Assembly: GCA_000092065.1 (NCBI GenBank)
Contig: CP000590.1
Direction: 5' to 3' (one strand)
Length of the DNA stretch: 64,000 nt
Source of the DNA: Ostreococcus lucimarinus
Taxonomy: Eukaryota
Part shown: positions 1 to 10,025 of the stretch, piece after piece
Numbering within the stretch: position 1 is the stretch's first letter
Layout: every line of letters starts with the position of its first letter
The notes under the pieces: model-generated
The model's input: the letters and a program-made list of their open reading frames with translations, nothing else
What the model was told of the DNA's origin: nothing
Database searches by the model: none
Position numbers and translations under genes: made by a program

Positions 1-1158
1 GTACACGACGTCACCGACACGTTTAGGCACGGGCATGGACTCGCCCGTGAGCGCGCTTTCGTCAATCGCGCTCGCGCCGGCGACGATTTCGCCGTCGAGT
101 GGCACCTTCTCTCCAGGCTTGACGAGGACGACTTCACGCACTTTAACCTCTTCCACCGCCACGAGTGCCGTATCGCCTCGACGCCGCGCCGTTTCCGGTC
201 GAAGCGCCAGCACTGCGCCTATCGCGCGCGACGTTTTCGCCATAGCGCGCGCCTCGAGCCATTCTGAGAGCGCAAAGAGCGCCACCACCGCGGCGGCTTC
301 GCCGAAATCTTGAAGCGCACAAGCGCCGACGATGGCGATCCCCATCAGCGTGTTAATATCGACGATACCATTTCGTAAGCTCCCGAACGCTTTCAGGGCG
401 ATTTCGGGAATACCAACCGCAACGGACGCCAGAGCGACGTAGCGTAAATGTCGCGCGTCTCCGCCCAAGTAGTGAAACAGCGACACGACGAAGAAGAAGC
501 ACGCCAACGTGATTCGAAACGGTGGCCTCGCGAACGCATCGCTCGATTGCGCGTCATCGCGAGCTGAGGTACCGTCGCTCGGACCTTTCGTATCGCTCAC
601 GTGCGCCTGCAAACGCACCGCGTTCAAAGCGTCCACGATGGTCTCCGCGCTCACCGCCGACGCCGCGTGCTCGACGAGCACCGTCTTCGTGGGCACGACG
701 ACTTTGACGTCTCGCACGCCCTCCATCTTATCTAAAACCCTATGAATCAGCGGTACCTCACTCGGACAGCATATTCCGTTCACGAGCAAGCGCGTGTGCG
801 TGCTCTGTTCCGTCCCGCCCTTTGATTCCAGCGCCCATCTCGCGACGACGGCGTCGGAATCGTCCGCGTCGTTCGCGCCCTCCCGCGTCGACGGAAACGG
901 CTTGTAATCCCCCCCATCCACCCCACCGCGTCGATGTCGCAACACCTTCACCCACCCGTGATCTTCCACGTGCGTCTTCGTCTTTAACGCGCACCCGTCG
1001 CCGCAACAGTCCGCGTTTGAAAAATGCACCAACCGCTCGCCCACGAGAAAATCGACGTGGTCGTCGTGCGGCACCGTCTCGCACTTCCTCGCCACCAACC
1101 GCGCCCGCGCCTCTTCCACGTCCGGCGGGCACCCGATCGCGCCGAACAGCTCCACCAT
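1..1158 (-). CDS. Heavy-metal P1B-type ATPase (Zn/Cd HMA2/4-like), 5' portion; the gene continues past the window start
   Basis: Minus-frame translation gives ...[40 protein letters not shown] (HMA domain with the GICCxSE Zn-type motif), then TM helices and ...[41 protein letters not shown] (actuator-domain TGES motif). A Cys-rich N-terminus (DCCGDGC) is present. The first in-frame Met is at 1158; no stop falls inside the window, so it is absent from the ORF track. Confidence 0.7.
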   Translation of the reverse strand, partial: MVELFGAIGCPPDVEEARARLVARKCETVPHDDHVDFLVGERLVHFSNADCCGDGCALKTKTHVEDHGWVKVLRHRRGGVDGGDYKPFPSTREGANDADDSDAVVARWALESKGGTEQSTHTRLLVNGICCPSEVPLIHRVLDKMEGVRDVKVVVPTKTVLVEHAASAVSAETIVDALNAVRLQAHVSDTKGPSDGTSARDDAQSSDAFARPPFRITLACFFFVVSLFHYLGGDARHLRYVALASVAVGIPEIALKAFGSLRNGIVDINTLMGIAIVGACALQDFGEAAAVVALFALSEWLEARAMAKTSRAIGAVLALRPETARRRGDTALVAVEEVKVREVVLVKPGEKVPLDGEIVAGASAIDESALTGESMPVPKRVGDVVY

Positions 1159-1577
1159 CCTCTCGCGTTCCTCGCGCGCCGCGCCCTCCGCCTTCGCCCC
1201 GCGTCCCGTCGTCGTCGTCGTCGTCGTCGCGCTCGTCGCCCGCGCCGCCGCCCACGACCCATCCTCTCGCGCCACCACGAGCGCGCCCTCGATCAGGAAC
1301 GCATCGAGAGGCGCGCTTCCGTCGCTCGCGCCGCTCGCCGCGCCGCCGTCGACGCGCTCGACGCTCGTCGCGCAAATCTTCGTCGGGTCCAGGCACAAGC
1401 CTTGCTCCGCGCACGGCGTCGTCTCGCCGCACCACGCGCATCGCGCGTCGCGAAACGCCGCGGCGACGCGCGCGGGCATCGACGCGCGCCGCGTCGCGAC
1501 GCCGCGCGAGCTGGACGCGCGAGCGCGACGGCGAGCGCGACGCGAACTGCGGTCGTCACTCATCGACGCGCCGCGGC

Positions 1578-3065
1578 ATGGCGCCGGCGCGCGACGCGGC
1601 GACGGCGTCGACGAGCGCGGCCGACGGCGCGTTCGTCGCGTTTCTGTGCGCGCTCGCGCCGCGCGAGCTGGACGCGCTGTACGCGTCGTCGCCGTGGAGC
1701 GCGCTCGCGGTGCTGCGCGCGTGCGATTCGATCGCGAAACAAATCATCCTGCGCCTGGCGTACGTCGACGACGGCGCGGACGCGCGCGAGTGCGCGAAGT
1801 GGTGCGGCGACGGCGCGAGCGATGCGCGCGCGCTGGAGCGCGCGATGGCGCGGTTGGCGCGGTTGAGGGTGACGACGGCGCTGGGCGAGGGCGAAGACGC
1901 GCGCGTCGTCGCGAACGAGGCGTTCGCGAATAATCTGCGACGCGCGCTCGAGCGAGGATTCGTGAATTTGGACGATGGCGACGGGGCAGACGCGCGGGAG
2001 GACGCGGGCGTGGCGGCCAAGGTGCCGGATCGAGCGACGCTGAACGCGTACGCGAAGGCGAAGTGGGAAGACTTGCTGCTCACGCTCACGGGGGCGTCGA
2101 ACGCGTTCTCGAGGCCGGGGGCCAAGGTGAAGGGACGATTGGACGCGCAGGCGCTGTTTCGAGCCGCGGGGCTGACGACGGCGACGACGGCGGCGCTGAA
2201 GAAGGGCGGACAGAAGCGGTTGAAGAACGCGGGCGTCACCGCGGAGGGATTCGCGTTTTTGTTGCAGACGGCGCAAGAGCAAATATGGGTGCTGTTGACG
2301 CAGTACATACGCGATTCGCAGAAGACGTCGGCGACGAGCGCGATCAGTTTCTTGCTCAGGCTGACGTTTCAGGAACCGGGGCGCGCGTACGCGATGACGG
2401 GGGTGCTGAGCGACACGGAGCAAGACGTCGTGCTCGATTTGACGCATCTCGGGTTGCTGTACACGTTTGAGGTGAAGAAAAAGTTCTACTACGTCCCCAC
2501 GCTCCTCGCCAGTGGCTTGTCCGGCGGATTCACCGGGGATGACGGCGATACCAAGGCGGCGGCGGCGGCGGCGGAAGGACACATCATAGTCGAGACGAAT
2601 TATCGCGTGTACGCGTACACGTCCAGCGCCGTGGAGATGGAGATTTTGCGGCTGTTCACGCGCGCGGATTATCGCTTGCCCAACTTGTACGTCGGTATGT
2701 TGACGCGCGAGAGCGTGCAAAACGCACTTCGCGCGGGTGTGGACGCAGAACAGATCGTGGGGTACATTCGCGCGCACGCGCACAAGCAAGTTCGCCGAAA
2801 AAAGCCGAGTGTACCGAGCACGGTGTGCGACCAAATTCGTCTTTGGGCGCGCGACATGGAACGCATGGAAGCAGAGGAATGCGTGCTGTACTGCGATTTC
2901 CCGCAGGCCGGTACTTTTTACGGCGCCGTCGTGAGCGAGGCGGAAAAACGAGGCGCGCTGTTGTGGCGAGACGACGCGTCGAGGCGGTTGACTGTCCGCG
3001 CGTCGGCGCACGACGAGATGAAAGCCGTCGTCGGCGCGCTGAAGCAAAAGTTAGACGCGGTGTAA
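1578..3065 (+). CDS. TFIIH subunit p52 / Tfb2 (GTF2H4 family)
   Basis: N-terminal [42 protein letters not shown] and the C-terminal [35 protein letters not shown]...[27 protein letters not shown] motif are typical of p52/Tfb2. The 822..1577 part of the ORF is a low-complexity extension, so the start is taken at MAPARD (1578). Confidence 0.7.
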   Translation: MAPARDAATASTSAADGAFVAFLCALAPRELDALYASSPWSALAVLRACDSIAKQIILRLAYVDDGADARECAKWCGDGASDARALERAMARLARLRVTTALGEGEDARVVANEAFANNLRRALERGFVNLDDGDGADAREDAGVAAKVPDRATLNAYAKAKWEDLLLTLTGASNAFSRPGAKVKGRLDAQALFRAAGLTTATTAALKKGGQKRLKNAGVTAEGFAFLLQTAQEQIWVLLTQYIRDSQKTSATSAISFLLRLTFQEPGRAYAMTGVLSDTEQDVVLDLTHLGLLYTFEVKKKFYYVPTLLASGLSGGFTGDDGDTKAAAAAAEGHIIVETNYRVYAYTSSAVEMEILRLFTRADYRLPNLYVGMLTRESVQNALRAGVDAEQIVGYIRAHAHKQVRRKKPSVPSTVCDQIRLWARDMERMEAEECVLYCDFPQAGTFYGAVVSEAEKRGALLWRDDASRRLTVRASAHDEMKAVVGALKQKLDAV

Positions 3066-3103
3066 AATCAATGAATAGTTTAGCAGCATATTATTCCATC
3101 ACG

Positions 3104-4372
3104 TCACGGCGGGATCGCGATGCGCGCTTGTAACGGAAGGTGGTCGCTCGGAAATCCAAACGTCGGCAATCCGACGTCGCTCGGGATTTCGCTCTCGTCC
3201 GGTAGCTTGGCCACGCTCACCACTTTGCTTCCTCGATGGGCCGAGTAGAGGATGTAATCGATCGTGTGTTTGACTTCTCCGGTCTTGAACAACCCGGTGC
3301 GCGTCTTCCACGTCGAAAATCTGTTTGAGTTTTTATCGCCGAGGGCCGCGCTCATGTCCTCGTACGCGTTGCGCATGCCGCGTCCGCGCAAGTGCACCAC
3401 GCACGCCTCGTTGGGCGTCGCGTTCAAATCTCCGGCGATGATGATTTGGACTTTATCCACGTCCGCGCACAAACTCGTGGCGAACGCGTTCAAGTGTCGG
3501 CACAACTCTTTCGTTTGCTCCAGTCGAGTGATGATGCCGTCGACGGTTTTCGCCGACTCGAGATGGGTGGTGACGACGACGATTTCTTGGAGATCCTCTC
3601 CCGAGAACACGGGCTTGGCGTTGCCGCGAATGAGCGTACCGATCGCGTTGCGGATTCCAGACTCGCTTCGAGGATCCTTCTTCAACCGAAACCTCGCCAT
3701 TAACGTCTTCCCGGCGTTGAGCGCCGGGTCGTCCTTGCGCGCGCGCGGCGTCCCCGGCGCGTGCGACGACAACAGCTCGAGTTTGTCAGTTTTGTAAAAG
3801 ATGCACACGCCATCGCACGGCGCGCCGAATTTACGACAAGGCGACCACTGATCTTCCTTGTACAACCCCGCGTACCCGAGTTTCTTCAGCTCGGGCTCGA
3901 AGAAATCGTAGTAGTGATCGCACTCTTGCATGCAAATGACGTCCGGCGCCGTCGTCGAATCATTCGACGTGATCGCTCGAAGCAAATCCTTCGACCGTTT
4001 CGTCCAATTCAAATCATACATTTCCTCGTTCGCCTCGGCGTCGTCCTCGCCGTAGTACGCGCTCGCGAACGCGTCGTTCAGCGCCAACGCGTCGGCGAGC
4101 GCGTTGTACTGGCACACCTGAATCGTCCTCGCGCCCGACGTCGACGTCGTCATCGACGCGTCGTCCCGGTTCGGGTCGTACACGTACCTCGACGCGTCGT
4201 CGTCCGTTTCGCTCGACGCCTCGCGCGCGCGCCGTCGCGCGTCGTCGTCGTCGTCACCGGTCTTTTCGTCGTCACCGGTCGTCGCGGGCGCGTCGACGCG
4301 CGTCGCGCGCGCGTCGTCGGCGTCGTCGCGCGCGCCGTTCGCGGCGGCGCCGTTCGCGGTCTCGGCGAACAT
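3104..4372 (-). CDS. Endonuclease/exonuclease/phosphatase family protein (CCR4/nocturnin-like deadenylase)
   Basis: Motifs ICMQECDHYYDFFEPELKKLGY, IIAGDLNATPNE and GFPSDHLPL match the EEP fold. The ORF track extends to 4648, but that extension runs through a tRNA gene, so the start is taken at MFAETANG (4372). Confidence 0.6.
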   Translation of the reverse strand: MFAETANGAAANGARDDADDARATRVDAPATTGDDEKTGDDDDDARRRAREASSETDDDASRYVYDPNRDDASMTTSTSGARTIQVCQYNALADALALNDAFASAYYGEDDAEANEEMYDLNWTKRSKDLLRAITSNDSTTAPDVICMQECDHYYDFFEPELKKLGYAGLYKEDQWSPCRKFGAPCDGVCIFYKTDKLELLSSHAPGTPRARKDDPALNAGKTLMARFRLKKDPRSESGIRNAIGTLIRGNAKPVFSGEDLQEIVVVTTHLESAKTVDGIITRLEQTKELCRHLNAFATSLCADVDKVQIIIAGDLNATPNEACVVHLRGRGMRNAYEDMSAALGDKNSNRFSTWKTRTGLFKTGEVKHTIDYILYSAHRGSKVVSVAKLPDESEIPSDVGLPTFGFPSDHLPLQARIAIPP

Positions 4373-4516
4373 CGCGCGCGTCGACGCGAACTCGCGATCG
4401 GCGCGACGCGCGGCGCGGTGTGGCGCGCGCACGGATCGGCGATTCGGCGATTCGACGCGCGCGAACGATGGGCGACAGGCGCGGGCAAAAAGAGCGCGAC
4501 ACGACAAAAAGAAACG

Positions 4517-4663
4517 AGGTCCTACCTGGATTCGAACCAGAGTCGCTGGATTACTGCGTGCGCAATCCGAGGGCGAGAGCGCGCCGTTCGACCGGCGCTC
4601 GCGTATGGACACTTTGCGTGTGAATTCAAAGTCCAGAGTGATAACCAACTACACTATAAGACC
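4517..4663 (-). tRNA. tRNA-Gln (anticodon UUG) with a 74-nt intron (exon 1 4626..4663, intron 4552..4625, exon 2 4517..4551)
   Basis: Minus strand reads GGTCTTATAGTGTAGTTGGTTATCACTCTGGACTTTGA | 74-nt intron | ATCCAGCGACTCTGGTTCGAATCCAGGTAGGACCT. The acceptor stem GGTCTTA/TAGGACC pairs with one G-U. The D-arm is GTGT-AGTTGGTTA-TCAC, the anticodon loop CTTTGAA, the T-arm TCTGG-TTCGAAT-CCAGG. The spliced product is 73 nt and nearly identical in layout to eukaryotic tRNA-Gln-TTG. The intron sits at the canonical position 37/38. Confidence 0.7.
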
Positions 4664-4790
4664 GTGACGGAAACTGATGGGCTTCACGTCGCCTTAACTA
4701 CTCCACATGCCAAACGATGTCGCCGTCGCCCCCGTAAAGTTGGCGGCGCCAAAGTTATGGGTTTTCCGCGCGCCGCGCGGGCGGCCGCGC

Positions 4791-5111
4791 TCACAGCGCG
4801 AGGTCCGCGAGCGCCTCCGCGACGGCGCCGTCGCTCGAGACCTCGCACGACGCGCGCTGGATCTCGGACAGGAGAATCATGTTGATCGTGCGCTGCGGCG
4901 CGGTGGCCTCGGAACCGTCGTCCGCGATCGCGGCGTCGAGCGAGGCGTACTCGCGCGCGTCGGAGACGACGATGTTCCTCTGCTTGTCGACGCACCGAAG
5001 GGTGCCGACGAAGCAGCGCCCGTCGCGCGTGGTGGTGCGTATCGTCGCTCCGATGTAGTTTTCACGAAACGAGGACGAAGACGGGGACGAGGACGCCGGT
5101 GGAATCATCAC
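4791..5111 (-). CDS. Sm-like (LSm) domain protein, NAA38/LSMD1-like
   Basis: FRENYIGATIRTTTRDGRCFVGTLRCVDKQRNIVVSDAREY fits the Sm fold and resembles the NAA38 core (DGRxxxGxxxCxDxxxNxxLxxAxEY). Confidence 0.5.
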   Translation of the reverse strand: MMIPPASSSPSSSSFRENYIGATIRTTTRDGRCFVGTLRCVDKQRNIVVSDAREYASLDAAIADDGSEATAPQRTINMILLSEIQRASCEVSSDGAVAEALADLAL

Positions 5112-5192
5112 CGAGCGTCAAAGTGAGGCGAACGCGGCGGTCGATTTACACGCGAGCTAATAATTTTCCAAAGGGCGCCGACGCCGCGCGCG

Positions 5193-6404
5193 TCACCGCA
5201 CGTCGCGGTAACACCAGTCGTACAGTTTACGCAATTTCTCCGGACCGACGCCAAAGTTCCAGCTGCACGCGATCAAGACGTGTATGCACGTCGCCTTGAA
5301 GTTGCCGAGTTGCTCTATACGTCGGCCCGAGGTGGTGACGACGCGGTCCAAGAGCTTCACTCGTCCGCGGTACCGCCCGCGACCTTTGACGTGCATGCGC
5401 ACGCATAAATCCGCGTCTTCCATGATGGACAGCGAACCGTCGAAGCCGCCGACGGCGTTAAAATCGTCGAGGCGACAAAACATGGCTTGGTCGCCGAACA
5501 GGATGCGAAAGCCTCGAAGGTAGCCAAAAGGGCGACTAATCACAGCGCAATACGTCGTCTTGACGACGTTGTGATACGACATCGCCCAAAACGTGCGCGA
5601 CTTGGTCTCTATGAGCGACACGAACCCGCCCACGACGGTCTTTTGATCGCGAAGCTGTCGACGAATGACGTCCACGACGTCCGCCGGCGGCGTCGTATCC
5701 GCGTGCAAAAACAATACGTAATCCCCAGTCGCGATTCGCGCGCCCGCGTTCATCTGATTCCCTCGTCCCTTTGCTCCCGAAACCACGATCGCGCCGTGCG
5801 CGGCGGCGATCGCCGCCGTGTCATCCACCGAGTCGCCGACGCTGACTATAACCTCCGCCGCCTCGGGCTCGAGCGCGCGTCGCAGTTGCTTCAACAACCG
5901 CCCGATCGCCTTGCTTTCGTTCCGAGCCGGGACCACGATCGAGACGCGTTTTTGCTCCCACGCGTCGTCATCGGGCGCGTCGTGCGCCGGTCGATCGTTC
6001 CACGCGATGACCTCGTGCGTCGTCCAGTTGAGCGCCACCGCCCCCGCGAACAACCTCATCCACGCGTTAAACTTCCTCGACGCCCCGTCGTGGTCGGGAT
6101 CGTCGTCGTCGTCGCGCCAACGCCGCGCGCCGTCGTCGTCGTTCCCACCGAACCCACCGAGCCCGCCGCCGTCGAGCGCGGCGGCGGCGACGCGCGAAGC
6201 CTCGCGACGGCGCGAGGCCCGAGGCGCGGCGCGCGCGCTCGCGCGTCGTCCACCGCGCCGCCGCGCCGCCGCGTCCAACCGCGCGCGCGACGTCGACGTC
6301 GACGTCGATGTAGACGTCGACGCGAAAGCCGCGGACATCGCGACGCGCGTCGCGCGACCGAATGTGCGGCGGACGCGCTTCGCGTCGAGTCGTCCCGTCG
6401 TCAC
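5193..6404 (-). CDS. Family 2 glycosyltransferase (GT-A fold), possibly organelle-targeted
   Basis: VSIVVPARNES...GDYVLFLHADTTPP...DADLCVRM are the GT2 N-terminal nucleotide-binding and DxD-region motifs. The N-terminus is Ser/Thr/Arg-rich and presequence-like. Confidence 0.55.
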   Translation of the reverse strand: MTTGRLDAKRVRRTFGRATRVAMSAAFASTSTSTSTSTSRARLDAAARRRGGRRASARAAPRASRRREASRVAAAALDGGGLGGFGGNDDDGARRWRDDDDDPDHDGASRKFNAWMRLFAGAVALNWTTHEVIAWNDRPAHDAPDDDAWEQKRVSIVVPARNESKAIGRLLKQLRRALEPEAAEVIVSVGDSVDDTAAIAAAHGAIVVSGAKGRGNQMNAGARIATGDYVLFLHADTTPPADVVDVIRRQLRDQKTVVGGFVSLIETKSRTFWAMSYHNVVKTTYCAVISRPFGYLRGFRILFGDQAMFCRLDDFNAVGGFDGSLSIMEDADLCVRMHVKGRGRYRGRVKLLDRVVTTSGRRIEQLGNFKATCIHVLIACSWNFGVGPEKLRKLYDWCYRDVR

Positions 6405-7304
6405 GCCGACGTCGCCTCGACACCGCGCGCGCGCGCCTCGTCATCGTCGTCCTCGACGCGCGCGCGCGCGTCCTCGTCCGCGCGCGCGTCAACCGCGCGC
6501 CGCCGCTCTCTCGACCCGCCGTCCCGTCGCTCGACGTACTCGCAATACTCTGCGTAAAAGGCGTCCTCGCGCGGCGCGCGCGTCGTCGTCGCCTCTCGCG
6601 CCTCGCCCCAATCCCGCTCGACGCCCGGCATCCCTCGACGATCCCACACCTTTCGCCCGCGTTCCAGCGCCCGCGTGTGCTCGCGCACGCGCTCCAGCGC
6701 CGCCATCTGCGCGGCGTCGTCGCGATCGCACTTCGCCTCGAACGCGCGCAGCGCGTCTCGCAGCGCGTCGCGCCCGTCGTCGACCCGCGCTTCGCCGTAC
6801 ACCGCCGCGCCGCGACTCGCGCCCGTGTCCGCGCGCGCGCGCACGTTTCGTCGCGCGACGCCCGCGCGCGTCGCGCCCTTCGCGTCGTCGTCGTCGCGCG
6901 TCGCCATCTCGCGTCGTCGTCGCGCGTCTCGGCGAGCGTTTTTTTTTCCGTTTTCACCGTCGCGACGACGTCGCGTCCGACGCGTCGCGACGCGCGGTCG
7001 CGACGACGACGGACGTCGACGACGACGCGACGACGACGACGCGAGGGGCGACGCCTCGACGCGCGCGCGTCGATTCGCGAAAGAGCGAACGCGCGTTCGC
7101 ACCGCGCGCGACGGCGACCGCGCGCGACGCCTCGAGGCGCGACCGCGCGGTCGCCCTCGCGACGCGCGCGCGCGACTTACGGGTTTTTCGCGCCGTCGCG
7201 CGTCGCGCGTCGCGCGTCATTCGTCACTCGTCGGCGCGCGTCGACGCGCGTCGGGCTTCGTCGACGCCCGTCGCGTCGATCGATCGTACATTGAAGCGCG
7301 CGGC

Positions 7305-9920
7305 ATGCTCGCGCGCGTCGCGGTGCGCGCGCCCGCGCGCGACGCGCGACGCGACGCGACGAGGACGAGGACGAGGACGACGAAGCGTTCGAAGATGACG
7401 ATGACGACGACGACGACGACGACGACGCGCGCGATGGCGCGCGCGATGACGACGACGACGACGCGCGCGACGCGCGGGACGGTCGTCGTCGTCGGTGGGC
7501 GCGCGCGCGCGCGCGAGGGACGCGAGGGCGCGCGCTCGGGACGGACGCGAAGGGAGGCGCGAGGGCGCGAGGACGAGGACGAGACGGGCGAGGACGAGGC
7601 GCGAGGCGCGAGCGCGGAGGGATCGAGCGAAACGACGACGGGAGGCTCGGAAACGTCGACGTCCGAGACGGCGGCGACGGCGACGGGACGCGAGGGGGGG
7701 AAAGCGTCGTGGATAAGGGCGAAGGCGAAGGCGTTCGCGGACGGTTTACCCTTCGCGGCGAATAAAAAGAAGTGGGACGCGCTCTTCGCCGACGCCGACG
7801 CGAGTCCGCTGGACGCGGCGAAGCAGGACGTGTTGATGCGAGAGCTGTTGGCGTACGATAGGAACGATGATTTGATGAAGCGGTTCGAGACGAGACGGTA
7901 CGCGAGCGGGCCGGTGTCGGTGCTCGCGTACGTCACGGCGCTCGTGCGGACGAATAGATTGGAACACTTCGTCGCGGGCGGCGATGCGGGATTCGGGAAG
8001 CCGTTGCCGAGCTTCGACGAGTCCACGGCGTATCGCAAGCTTCCGGATTTGTTGGGCGATCTCTCCGAACGCTCGAAAGGCGCGGACGCGCTCGTGCCTT
8101 TGGAGACGGGGAAGAGCGCGCAGGCGCCGTTGCACGTCGCCTTTGTCGGTGGTGTCGGTGGATTGGCGCCGCCGCAAAGCGCGGGGCGGCGATTGTTGAA
8201 TGCGTTTTTAGGTTTCATGCTCTTCATCGCGAGTTTAAGCTTCTTGAGCACGCTGGCGTTGCGTCACATCGCGGTTCGCGTCATCGAGAGCGGGCCGAGT
8301 CACAGTTCGAGTCACTCGTTGCCGGCGCCGCGAGACGAATCGGGCTCGTCTGCGTCTTCGAGCTTGGGGCCGGGTTCGAACGGTGGTGGACCGAACTTTG
8401 ACCCGAAGCAGTTCAACAAAGACACGATGCCGGAGAAGAGTTTGAAGACGTTCGACGACGTCAAAGGGTGCGACGAGGCCAAGGACGAGCTCGCGGAAAT
8501 CGTCGAGTATTTGAGAAATCCGGAAAAGTTTACGCGACTCGGTGGCAAGTTGCCGAAGGGCGTCTTACTCACGGGTCCACCGGGAACGGGTAAGACCTTG
8601 CTCGCGCGCGCGGTCGCGGGCGAGGCGGACGTGCCATTCTTTTATCGAAGCGGGAGCGAGTTCGAAGAAATGTTCGTGGGCGTGGGGTCCAAGCGCGTTC
8701 GCCAGCTCTTCGCCGCGGCGAAGAAGAAGACGCCGTGCATCGTCTTCATCGACGAAATCGATTCCATCGGTACGTCGCGCAAGTCCATCGAGAACCAGCA
8801 CCGAAAGACGCTGAACCAGTTGTTGACGGAGATGGATGGGTTCGAGCAAAACGACGGCATCATCGTCCTGGCGGCGACGAACATCCCGGAGTCGCTCGAC
8901 CCCGCGCTCACGCGTCCGGGGCGATTCGATCGCATGGTGCACGTGCCTAATCCCGATATCGGTGGCCGCCGCGAGATCCTCGAGCATTACTTGGACGACA
9001 AGCCGACGACGAGCGACGTGGACGTCGACAAAATCGCGCGCGGCACCGCCGGATTTAGCGGCGCCGAGTTGTTCAACCTGGTGAACATGGCGGCGGTGCA
9101 AGCGGCGATGGCAGACGCGCCGGCGATCACCGCCGCGGATCTTGATTGGGCGCGCGATCGCGTGTTGATGGGTGCCGAGCGCAAATCCGCGGTATTGAGC
9201 GAAGAAAACCGAAAGTTGACGGCGTACCACGAAGCCGGACACGCGCTCGTGGCGTTGAAATCCGACGCGGCGCTTCCGATTCATAAAGCCACCATCATGC
9301 CTCGAGGGTCGGCGCTGGGGATGGTGATGCAACTTCCCGACAAGGACGAGACAAGCGTGAATCGCAAGCAACTCATGGCGCGTTTGGACGTGTGCATGGG
9401 CGGTCGCTTGGCCGAGGAGCTCATCTTTGGCTCGGACGAAGTCACCACGGGGGCGAGCGGGGATCTGCAGCAAGCCACACGTTTGGCGTTTTACATGATT
9501 AGCGACGTCGGCATGAACACCAACTTAGGTCCGGTGCATCTTTCGAGCATTCGCGGTGGAAACGCCGGACGCGGTGCTTCTGGGTCCACGGAGTCCGCCG
9601 TCGACGGCGAAGTCATCAAGCTCTTGAAGGATTCGCAAACGCGCGTGCAAAAGCTGTTAAAATCCAACCTGAGCGATTTGCACACCATCGCCAAGGCGTT
9701 GATGGAGAAGGAAACGCTCACGGGGAACGAAATCCGCGCGCTCATCGGGATGCCTCCGGCGAAAGAACCGGTGGCCGTCGTATCGCGCGCCAAGCCCAAG
9801 GCGCCGAAGCCCAAGGCGCCCGAGGCCAAGGCGGAAAAACCGAGCGAAGACGCGGCGGAGGAGGACGAAACGACGATCATCGTCATTCAGCTCAAGGACG
9901 AGGACGATTCGCCCAAGTAG
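7305..9920 (+). CDS. ATP-dependent zinc metalloprotease FtsH (i-AAA, YME1/FtsH4-like), likely mitochondrial
   Basis: Walker [18 protein letters not shown], Walker [33 protein letters not shown] and the zinc site HEAGHALV...[15 protein letters not shown] are all present. A YME1-like N-domain precedes the AAA module. The start is taken at [10 protein letters not shown] (7305); the ORF track begins at 6675 inside low-complexity sequence. Confidence 0.85.
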   Translation: MLARVAVRAPARDARRDATRTRTRTTKRSKMTMTTTTTTTTRAMARAMTTTTTRATRGTVVVVGGRARAREGREGARSGRTRREARGREDEDETGEDEARGASAEGSSETTTGGSETSTSETAATATGREGGKASWIRAKAKAFADGLPFAANKKKWDALFADADASPLDAAKQDVLMRELLAYDRNDDLMKRFETRRYASGPVSVLAYVTALVRTNRLEHFVAGGDAGFGKPLPSFDESTAYRKLPDLLGDLSERSKGADALVPLETGKSAQAPLHVAFVGGVGGLAPPQSAGRRLLNAFLGFMLFIASLSFLSTLALRHIAVRVIESGPSHSSSHSLPAPRDESGSSASSSLGPGSNGGGPNFDPKQFNKDTMPEKSLKTFDDVKGCDEAKDELAEIVEYLRNPEKFTRLGGKLPKGVLLTGPPGTGKTLLARAVAGEADVPFFYRSGSEFEEMFVGVGSKRVRQLFAAAKKKTPCIVFIDEIDSIGTSRKSIENQHRKTLNQLLTEMDGFEQNDGIIVLAATNIPESLDPALTRPGRFDRMVHVPNPDIGGRREILEHYLDDKPTTSDVDVDKIARGTAGFSGAELFNLVNMAAVQAAMADAPAITAADLDWARDRVLMGAERKSAVLSEENRKLTAYHEAGHALVALKSDAALPIHKATIMPRGSALGMVMQLPDKDETSVNRKQLMARLDVCMGGRLAEELIFGSDEVTTGASGDLQQATRLAFYMISDVGMNTNLGPVHLSSIRGGNAGRGASGSTESAVDGEVIKLLKDSQTRVQKLLKSNLSDLHTIAKALMEKETLTGNEIRALIGMPPAKEPVAVVSRAKPKAPKPKAPEAKAEKPSEDAAEEDETTIIVIQLKDEDDSPK

Positions 9921-10025
9921 TTTACGCCCGAGGACGAGGAGCGACGAGGAGCGACGATGTACGACGGACACACTATGACTAGCTATCTTTCACATTACGA
10001 ATACAGTACCAACACGACGTTTCCT

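Noticed and set aside
758-1866. ORFs 758..1441(-), 984..1262(-), 1024..1866(+), 1293..1559(-), 1646..1933(+): Arg/Ala/Gly-rich 90-280 aa reading frames around the HMA-ATPase 5' end and the divergent promoter
   Set aside because: Extreme low complexity (runs of R, A, G, D). They overlap the well-supported HMA and Tfb2 frames or the intergenic CGCGCG-rich spacer. Such ORFs arise by chance in about 65% GC DNA, where stop codons are rare.
1556-3047. ORFs 1560..3047(-) 495 aa and 1556..2308(-) 250 aa, antisense to the Tfb2 gene
   Set aside because: Fully contained in and opposite to a gene with clear family motifs. The products are R/Q/L-rich with no domain signature. Typical antisense GC artifacts.
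4373-4648. N-terminal 92 codons of ORF 3104..4648(-) (MVITLDFEFTRKV...LVRIQVGPRFFLSC...)
   Set aside because: This stretch is simply the translation of the tRNA-Gln exon and intron sequence. EEP-family homology only begins after the internal Met at 4372.
6401-7304. ORFs 6401..7102(-), 6362..7294(+), 6067..6957(-) and 6489..6731(-) in the GT2/FtsH intergenic region
   Set aside because: All are R/A/D/T-rich, mutually overlapping in several frames, and lie in the 900-bp divergent promoter between the GT2 start (6404) and the FtsH start (7305). No conserved motif was found.
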